Source: Octopus sinensis
Lineage: Eukaryota
Direction: 5' to 3'
Length of the DNA: 7,323 bases
NCBI RefSeq assembly: GCF_006345805.1
Contig: NW_021828847.1
Span: 1 to 7,323, forward strand
Of this stretch, positions 1 through 6,620 are shown piece after piece; within the stretch, counting starts at the first letter, position 1; each line of letters opens with the position of its first letter. Position numbers and translations under genes: made by a program. Under the pieces are notes generated by a model. That model ran no database searches. It saw only the letters and a list, made by a program, of their open reading frames with translations, and was not told the DNA's origin.

Positions 1-9
1 CAAGAGACA

Positions 10-206
10 TGTGGTTGCATAAACGATTAATAAATAACTTGGTTGGCTGAACAGTGGCTTATATTCTTGAATGAAGGAAAGGTTTATTAAACGAGAACCA
101 GCTGGTTGGTCGGAGAGTTGGTAGCTAGAAGACATCCGTCACTTCTTGGTACACTATAACATAACAGTTACAACTCCTCTAATACTATGACGTCACTGCT
201 ACAACA
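10..206 (-). mobile_element. Possible short solo LTR (Gypsy/BEL-like), tentative
   Basis: The 197-bp segment starts TGT (10) and ends ACA (206). Its terminal inverted repeat is imperfect: TGTGGTTGC vs TGTTGTAGC, 7/9. A minus-strand AATAAA lies at 83-88. No target-site duplication was found (agaca vs ccttt). Confidence 0.25.
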
Positions 207-493
207 CCTTTGGACATAAATCTTCTGAATCAGAGTTAAACTATGACTAAACAAAATTCGATACATCTAATCTAGTGACAACATGATTTTCAGTTTTGTG
301 TATCACGATGAAGTTTGATACAAGCTTACACACGTCTGTTTATCGAAGATAAGGATTTGGGAGATAATCCCTAATTTTTTGTAATTGGTTGAATCAGTTA
401 AATGATTTACAGATGAATTGAAATTATTCAATAATAAAAATTGATACAAGACCATACGTTTTTAGTGTCAATTTAAGAGACACAGGTTGTATT

Positions 494-540
494 ACTGGTA
501 CTTATTTTAGCGACTGGAGAGAATTAAAGAGCAAACTAAA
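494..540 (-). mobile_element. Degenerate fragment of the SINE family arrayed at 2172-2852
   Basis: actggtacttattttagcgac...gcaaa aligns with the reverse complement of 2264-2312 (actggtacttatttaatcgac...gcaaagtcgac). The first 14 nt are identical. Confidence 0.6.
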
Positions 541-576
541 CAGTGGAGGGACAAAATCACTTGTGGGTAAACTGGT

Positions 577-597
577 GGTTAGGGTTAGGGTTAGGGT
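577..597 (+). repeat. Interstitial telomere-type repeat (TTAGGG)3
   Basis: TTAGGG occurs at 579-584, 585-590 and 591-596, preceded by GG and followed by T. Confidence 0.9.
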
Positions 598-601
598 GAC
601 G

Positions 602-668
602 CAAGAAGAGCAAAAGCAGCAGCAGTAGTAGCAGAAAGAAAAAGAAGAAGAACAACAGCAACAACAGT
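602..668 (+). repeat. Mixed trinucleotide low-complexity tract (AAG/CAG/TAG/CAA)
   Basis: Read directly from the sequence. Confidence 0.85.
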
Positions 669-1080
669 GGAGGCGCAATGGCCCAGTGGTTTGGGCAGCG
701 GACTTGCGGTCGGAGGATCGCGGCTTCGATTCCCAGATCGGGCATTGTGAGTGTTTATTGAGCGAAAACACCTAAAGCTCCACGAGGCTTCGGCAGTGGG
801 TGGTGGCGACCCCTGTTGTACTCTTTCGCTCCAACTTTCACTCTTTCTTCCTGTTTCTTGTCCCCGACTTCCTACGCAACCGGTGAGCCTGGATGCGCAT
901 TCATCCATCTATCGATGCTCTCGGTGTCGGGGGTTGACCTGCTTTCTCTTCTGCGGGTCTTATTACGAATAGCAAAGGACCACGGTTCGGACAGTTCGGA
1001 CCGGACCGCTCAACAGCAACAGCAACAGAAGAAGAAGAAGAAGAAGAAGAAGAAGAAGAAGAAGAAGAAGAAGAAGAAGA
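669..1080 (+). mobile_element. tRNA-derived SINE with 3' stem-loop and (CAA/CAG)-(AAG)17 tail
   Basis: Pol III A box TGGCCCAGTGG at 679-689 and B box GCTTCGATTCC (one mismatch) at 723-733. A ~270-nt non-tRNA body follows, then an 8-bp hairpin (983-990/1001-1008) and a simple-repeat tail. It resembles octopus SINE heads from memory; the family was not verified. Confidence 0.8.
1029..1079 (+). repeat. (AAG)17 microsatellite
   Basis: Perfect repeat. It produces the poly-K and poly-S ORFs in the track. Confidence 0.97.
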
Positions 1081-1104
1081 TAGCAACATGATTTTCATTT
1101 AGAC

Positions 1105-1335
1105 CACCAACGCTATTCCACCGTCACCCATATTACCGCAGCTGTTGCTGCCGCCTGCTTTGCTGTTGACGCTGCTGCTCCTACCACCACCGTCGACAAC
1201 CACCACCAACAACAACTACTACTACTACAGAAACAACAATAAAAATGCTACCGGCAACAGTGACACAATCACCACTACTATTACCACAACCACCTCCACC
1301 ACTGCCGCCACCACCACCACCACTACCATTCTCCT
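1105..1335 (+). repeat. Mosaic trinucleotide low-complexity region (CCA/CTG/CAA/CTA)
   Basis: Successive short runs of GCT, CAC, AAC, TAC and ACC triplets. Confidence 0.85.
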
Positions 1336-1463
1336 ATATTAAAAGCCATTCCGGTCACTCCAGCACCCCCCCTCCTCGGATTGACCATTATCAGTGTCAG
1401 CACACCTACATTAACCTGTCAGCAGATTTCATCTAAGAAAGACACGATCAATCTCCACATGCT

Positions 1464-1497
1464 CCCCTCCTCCCCACCATCCCGACCCCCCCCCCCC
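1464..1497 (-). other. Canonical G-quadruplex-forming motif on the minus strand
   Basis: Plus-strand C runs at 1464-67, 1472-75, 1481-83 and 1486-97, with loops of 4, 5 and 2 nt. Confidence 0.7.
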
Positions 1498-1606
1498 TGC
1501 AAACGTCTTGGAAGAAATTAATCAATAATTCAGATATTTATGTATTCTGTACTGACGATAACAACAACAACAACAACAGCATAGACAACAAAATAATGAC
1601 AGTAAC

Positions 1607-1880
1607 GGCGATGGCGGTGGCCACGGCGGCAACGTCGGCGGCGGCACCAGCAGAGGCGACGACGGCGGTGGCCACGGCGGCGGCACCAGCAGAAGCGACG
1701 ACGGCGGCAGCATCGGCGGCGGCACCAGCAGAGGCGACGACAGCGGTGGCCACGGCGGCAGCGTCGGCGGCGGCACCAGCAGAGGCGACGACGGCGGCAG
1801 CGTCGGCGGCGGCACCAGCAGAGGCGAAGACGGCGGTGGCCACGGCGGCACCAGCAGAGGCGATGACGGCGGTGGCCACG
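1607..1880 (+). repeat. Modular GC-rich minisatellite
   Basis: The core GGCACCAGCAGAGGCGACGAC (with variants) starts at 1643, 1682, 1721, 1772, 1811 and 1847, giving spacings of 39, 39, 51, 39 and 36. It is interleaved with 12-nt modules GGCGGTGGCCAC and GGCGGCAGCGTC. Confidence 0.92.
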
Positions 1881-2097
1881 AAGATGGTAGCGGTGGTGGC
1901 ATTGACAATAACCATGCTGGCGACCTCGACGACGAGAGTAACAACAGTAACAAGAAGACCGATAACATCAACAACATCAGCAGTCAGAGCGAGTGTCTCT
2001 GCTCTTTTTTTTTTTTTTTTGGTACAGTGAGTGATAATCTTGAAGCAGGTGATATATAACTTACACTCACACAGACACAGGAAAATAATGATACTAT

Positions 2098-2124
2098 CAC
2101 ACACACACACGCACACACACACAC
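2098..2124 (+). repeat. (CA)n microsatellite
   Basis: Read directly; one G interruption at 2111. Confidence 0.95.
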
Positions 2125-2171
2125 GATAGCTAAAAGAGCACTTGTGCGTTAATGCAAAAAAACACACGTTG

Positions 2172-2852
2172 AAGCCGGAGAGCTGGCAGAAACGTTAGCA
2201 CGCCGGGTGAAATGCTTAGCGTTATTTCGTCTGCTGCTATGTTGTGAGTTCAAATTCCGCCGAGGTCGACTTTGCTTTTCATCTTTCCGGGGTCGATTAA
2301 ATAAGTACCAGTTACGCACTGGGGTCGATATAATCGACTTAATCCGTTTGTTTGTCCTCTCTGTGTTTAGCCCCTTATGGGTAGTAAAGAAATAGGTATT
2401 TCGTCTGTTTTTATGTTCTGAGTTTAAATTCTGCCGAGGTCGACTTTGACTTTCATCCTTTCGGGGTCGATGAATTAAGTACCAGTTGCGGACTGGGGTC
2501 GATGTAATCGACTTAATGCCTTTGTCTGTCCTTGTTTGTCCCCTCTATGTTTAGGCCCCCGTGAGCAATAAAGAAATAAGAAACGTTAGTACGCCAGGTG
2601 AAACGCTTAGCGGTATTTCGTCTGTCTTTTCGTTCTGAGTTTAAATTCCGCTGAGGTCGACTTTGCCTTTCATCCTTTGGAAGTCGATAAATTAAGTACC
2701 AGTTGCGGACTGGGGGCGATGTAATCGACTTAATCCCTTTGTCAGTCCTTGTTTGTCCCCTCTATGTTTAGCCCCTTGTGGGCAATAAAGAAATAAGAAA
2801 AGTTAGCACGCCAGGTAATAATGCTTACCGGCATTATATGCTTAGCGATATT
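2172..2852 (+). mobile_element. Head-to-tail array of a tRNA-derived SINE with a Nin/Deu-like central domain (one full copy, two 5'-truncated copies, one partial head)
   Basis: Copy 1 (2172-2395) has A-box-like TGGCAGAAACG (2184-94) and B box GAGTTCAAATTCC (2246-58). Copy 2 is 2396-2580, copy 3 is 2581-2797 (217-bp period with copy 2), and copy 4 is a head only (2798-2852). The central GCYTTTCATCCTTTCGGGGTCGAT...AAGTACCAG resembles the Nin/Deu SINE domain as I recall it. Confidence 0.85.
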
Positions 2853-3698
2853 ATATATCACATTCTGTAACAATACATCACTAAGGAAGCGTTTAAGATA
2901 TGCTATTTGGTTGTTCTGTCATGAAATAAATGCGTGAATTCCATCTGGTGACACTGCACAGAAATCTGAACACCAAATCCGCTAGATGCACAGAGTAAAT
3001 ATCAATCGTTTCGAATGCTAATGCAAATAAAAGCAAGCATAAATATATGAACTTTGCCGTTTAGAGTGATATGCACTTGGTAAAGTATTATTTTATCAAC
3101 TTCCGAATAGCATCACATATGAAAATCATAAATTTGTAATATGGAAATGGAAAACATTAGGATAAAGAAAACAAACGAATGGTACTCCATTTTAACTCTT
3201 TGATGTTGAACTGAATATGCAATAAAATAAAAACTCTATTCACATTCACACACGTAAGAGTACCATACCTAATGTAATACAATATTACTTCTCTGAACCC
3301 AAGCTTCAAAAACTACCAATGTCCTACATATAATTTTATTATATTCCATAGGCAAATACAAACGACGTAATGACTCCAATTCAATCTATCACAGCCTTTC
3401 TGTACCGTAATCGTCTACCTCCACTTCGCCGCCATTTTCTTCGATTCCATGGGAAAATGTACTTACAAGAAAGGTTTGTTGTTACAATCAACAGTTATTG
3501 GCCTATTGTGTTGTAAATATATCTACCGCTATATATTTGTATATATTTAGCAATGGATTCCACAGACAATATGAAAATATGCAGTAAGTAAGCAGAAAAA
3601 TCATTGAAACCTCTTACAAAGTTACATGCTTTCAAATAACTGCAGATTGTAACAAACAATTATGGAAATGTTCAAATCGACTCATTTTTGGAACTCTA

Positions 3699-3953
3699 TA
3701 TGGAAGACCAGTAGTTTCCCACGCATACCAGCCTCCCCTCTCTACACCACTGATGTTATCCAAGGGAACGGCAAAGGCCGATACAGTTTGGCACCTGTGA
3801 CGTCACAACTCATTTCTACTGCTGAGTGAACTGGAGAGACGTGAAATAAAGTGTCTAGCTCAAGAACACAACACGCAGCCTGGCCCGGGATTCGAGCTCA
3901 CAAACTCACGATCGTAAGCTCGACGCTCTAACCACTGAGCCATGTGTCTTCAC
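3699..3953 (-). mobile_element. tRNA-derived, CORE-like SINE, 3'-truncated
   Basis: The minus strand begins GTGAAGACACATGGCTCAGTGGTTAGAGC. A box at 3932-3942; degenerate B box GAGCTCGAATCCC at 3887-3899. A CORE-like block follows (GTGTTGTGTTCTTGAGCTAGACACTTTATTTCACG...CTCAGCAGTAGAAATGAG). Confidence 0.8.
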
Positions 3954-3955
3954 GA

Positions 3956-3986
3956 TATAATATATATAATAATATTATAATATATA

Positions 3987-4066
<80 letters not shown>

Positions 4067-4084
4067 TTATATATATTATATAAT
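3956..4084. repeat. (TA)n / AT-only tract
   Basis: About 130 nt composed only of A and T. Confidence 0.97.
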
Positions 4085-4108
4085 GCATATAATCAATAAT
4101 AAATCTCT

Positions 4109-4452
4109 AATGGCAAATATACGTCACGATGTTGTTGCAGCTACTGTTTATAACTCGCTCTGAGATTTATTATTGCTTGTTTACACTTTTTCGATATCAG
4201 TGTCTTTACGATACTGGAATAAGTATATGTATTTGTGAAGGGAACCTACATTTCATCGACAACTGTGATTGTCACACGCCGATGACGGGTCAATACCCAG
4301 AAACTCGAGTCCATGTGTATCATAAGTTGAAGACGGGAAGGATAGTTTCCCTTTGCAAATACTGATAGGGCACAGAAAGTGTGTCTATAGCCAGCTGGAG
4401 GATGTGTCCACCCGTATGGGTTAGCCATATTTAAATGGCAAATATACGTCAC
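4109..4452 (+). mobile_element. 325-nt hammerhead-containing unit with a 19-nt terminal direct repeat (retrozyme-like monomer or solo Penelope pseudo-LTR)
   Basis: AATGGCAAATATACGTCAC occurs exactly at 4109-4127 and 4434-4452. The interior contains a hammerhead fold. AT-only tracts flank both sides. Confidence 0.6.
4273..4317 (+). ncRNA. Minimal type I hammerhead ribozyme motif, partly degenerate
   Basis: Helix I is CACACG (4273-78) with CATGTG (4312-17), 5/6 paired. The core is CCGATGA (4279-85), with C in place of U4. Helix II is GGGT-caat-ACCC (4287-98) with a C.A mismatch at its base, followed by GAAA (4300-03). Helix III is the palindrome ACTCGAGT (4303-10). The GUC cleavage triplet ends at 4311. 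Confidence 0.7.
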
Positions 4453-4548
4453 AATATATATGAAATATATAATATAATATAAATGTAATATAATATATAT
4501 ATAATATAATATATATAATAATATATGTAATGAATACATTTATATATA
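4453..4548. repeat. AT-rich (TA/TAA)n tract
   Basis: Read directly from the sequence. Confidence 0.9.
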
Positions 4549-4924
4549 CATAGAGCGTGCATGTGTGTGTGTAAAGATGCCACTTTGACCTTAAGAAAAT
4601 TCTGTTTGTCAAAACAAACACCAGTTGAGTTAAATCAGCAATGTCCGTAGTTACACAATACCACGAAATATAAAGGATAAACTGGAGGATACTTCCTCTA
4701 GAATACCTACTTAGCATCTTCGTTCTGCTGGCTCATATGTCGACATATTTACTCCAAGGAGTATATTTTACGAGTAAATAAGCTGAAACAATTAGAACAC
4801 TTGAGTATTACGTGCATTCTTTCATATCAACTGAGTGTAATAATGAAATAACTGTCACTCCGACATTGTACAATAAGAAAACAAAAAGTGGCGCATGCGT
4901 ACTCGTTATAAACGTACTCGTTAT

Positions 4925-5673
4925 GCATACACACACACACATACATCCACACACACATACATCCACACACATAGACACACGCACATACACACACACACGC
5001 ACATACACACACACACGCACATACACGCGCACCCCACCCCACGCACGTACACAGTAATACACATATATCTCCACATAACACAACCCATACAAACACTCAC
5101 ATACACACACGCTCATACACACACACATGCACACATACGCACGCACACACACACGCCCACATACACGCGCACACACATCAATGCACATATACCTCACATA
5201 TACTTCTGACACACTCCACACACACGCGCGCACACAACACACATACATGCGCGCATGCACACGCTAACACACAACACATACATACATGCGCACACACACA
5301 CAAACATACACATGCACAGGAATGCACACACACCTAACCAACACAACCCCACGCACACACAGGCACACACACCTATATACACATACACGCGCACACATAC
5401 ACGCACACATACCTCGACACACATCTCCACGTTCACACGCATATACACACGCACACTCAGAGGAACGCACATATACTCCACAGACACAACCCACGCACAA
5501 ACCCCCGCACACACATCCACACACGCACATACACACACATACACACATACATGCACACACACGGACCCATGCACACACTACACACAAAGCACGCACTACA
5601 CGCACAACACACCCACAACATATACACACGTACATACACAACACTTGCATACGTACATACAGGTGCACACACA
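4925..5673 (+). repeat. Long degenerate (CA)n/(CACG/CATA)n purine-pyrimidine alternating tract
   Basis: About 750 nt dominated by CA, CG and TA steps. It produces all the His/Thr- and Val/Cys-rich ORFs in the track. Confidence 0.95.
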
Positions 5674-5829
5674 CCTTTCTTCTAACCATTCCTCTAAAGT
5701 TTCAGACAACAAAATGAAGCAGGGATAGCATGAATTTATCATAGAGTGCCATCTTGAAATTGAATACAGGAAGTGATTGTATAGTAACTGAGAAGATATT
5801 GGAGTGCCATATCTCAAGGAGGGAGTCTA

Positions 5830-5862
<33 letters not shown>

Positions 5863-5873
5863 ACTCTCTCTCT
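5830..5873 (+). repeat. (CT)n microsatellite
   Basis: Read directly; two interruptions. Confidence 0.95.
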
Positions 5874-5921
5874 AACACTATTGTTTACACTAGGACTAAA
5901 CATCAATGCTTTCTTCTGCGG

Positions 5922-6029
5922 AAGAGAAATAACCCATTCGCCCCTAAAAGGGATCCTTATATATAGCCAAGGGAAACAACCCATTCATGTTCGTAAATTA
6001 TTTCGTATAAATCAAATTGATTATGCTTA
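5922..6029 (+). repeat. Left arm of a 108-bp inverted repeat
   Basis: It is the reverse complement of 6880-6987 with 3 mismatches (105/108 by manual alignment). An internal AAGAGAAATAACCCATTC-type subrepeat occurs at 5922 and 5969. Confidence 0.93.
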
Positions 6030-6062
6030 AGAGAAAGCAATTAGCTCACAAGAAGACAAAAA

Positions 6063-6620
6063 CACCAACATGAAACGTTGCTTCGTTACGGACAGCCTCA
6101 AAGTATGTAACAAAATTATTTGTAACATAAAAATCTACCATCTGCTTACGATATTCCCTTAGGATATACAGTTAGTGTTAGGCCTCCGTAAACGTTCCTC
6201 AATCATTCCAAAACAAGAAAGCACTACAAGCTAGATCCTCAACATCTCTGAGAAAAGACTGACAGAGTTCTTGAGAAAGTATTTCTTGGCTGATGAGCGA
6301 AGAACTGAAACAAGTTTACCGTAACAGGCCTCCAACTGAAATCATTTCTGCGTATCAAAAGAACAGGAATACCAAAGTCATGAGAAACAGAAACAAAGAA
6401 CTCAGAGCGACTGCAAGATCGAAAATTATCTATCTAATTGTAATCAGAGTAGTTTTATCTTGGATTAACGACCGACATATTAGCTCTCTGAGATTCCATC
6501 TCCTCGTTTCCACACGCAAGGCATTATTACTTAAACGCCGTTATAATGGAGAAGACATTCTCTGTGTATATGGAGCAAACCTTCGAACGGATAACTACAA
6601 ACACACATCTTGAATATAAC
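6063..6620 (+). pseudogene. Decayed Penelope-like retroelement ORF remnant (RT thumb, linker, GIY-YIG endonuclease)
   Basis: Motifs appear in the expected order across frameshifts: H..YGQ (6063-6095), ICN (6118-26), LGYT (6159-70), LTEFLRKYFLADE (6259-97), ELKQVYRNRPP..IISAYQKNRN, DCKIEN (6409-26), IYLI (6428-39), FYLGLTT (6453-73), LRFH (6488-99), PHARHY (6510-27) and MEQTF...LEYN. These match my recollection of the PLE consensus; no HMM was run. Confidence 0.62.

Noticed and set aside
188-195. CRE palindrome TGACGTCA (also at 3798-3805)
   Set aside because: An isolated 8-mer with no promoter context; the second copy lies inside a SINE.
577-597. Telomerase RNA template (minus strand CCCTAACCCTAA)
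   Set aside because: Three full repeats is longer than a ~1.5-repeat template, and no pseudoknot or H/ACA context was recognisable.
669-745. tRNA gene
   Set aside because: A and B boxes are present, but the acceptor and anticodon stems do not pair cleanly. It runs into a SINE body and tail with no poly-T terminator. The same applies to the heads at 2172 and 3953.
502-1436. ORFs with poly-K, poly-S, poly-T, poly-L and poly-P runs
   Set aside because: They derive from trinucleotide tracts and a SINE body, with no recognisable domain.
1607-2852. CRISPR-like arrays
   Set aside because: The context is eukaryotic, and the sequences between repeats are themselves repeated modules or SINE bodies rather than unique spacers.
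3415-3436. RPL41-like start (MAAKWR vs MRAKWR)
   Set aside because: There is an immediate stop codon, and no downstream KKRMRRLKRKRR exon was found on the minus strand.
4277-4286. ADAR-editing signature: three apparent T-to-C changes (4277, 4280, 4286) would each repair the hammerhead
   Set aside because: Two of the three mismatches are more simply explained by CpG-to-CpA decay at 4313 and 4299. One site is not a signature; a family consensus is needed.
4129-4717. ORFs 4129-4365 (+), 4246-4539 (-) and 4421-4717 (-)
   Set aside because: They are short, have no domain motifs, and partly run through AT-only repeats. The region is better explained by the hammerhead unit.
4808-5817. Numerous His/Thr- and Val/Cys-rich ORFs
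   Set aside because: They are translation artefacts of the (CA)n-derived tract and are open on both strands.
6290-6315. Second hammerhead (CTGATGA at 6290-96, GAAA at 6307-10)
   Set aside because: The intervening GCGAAGAACT cannot form helix II, no helix I or III partners were found, and it lies within the PLE coding remnant.
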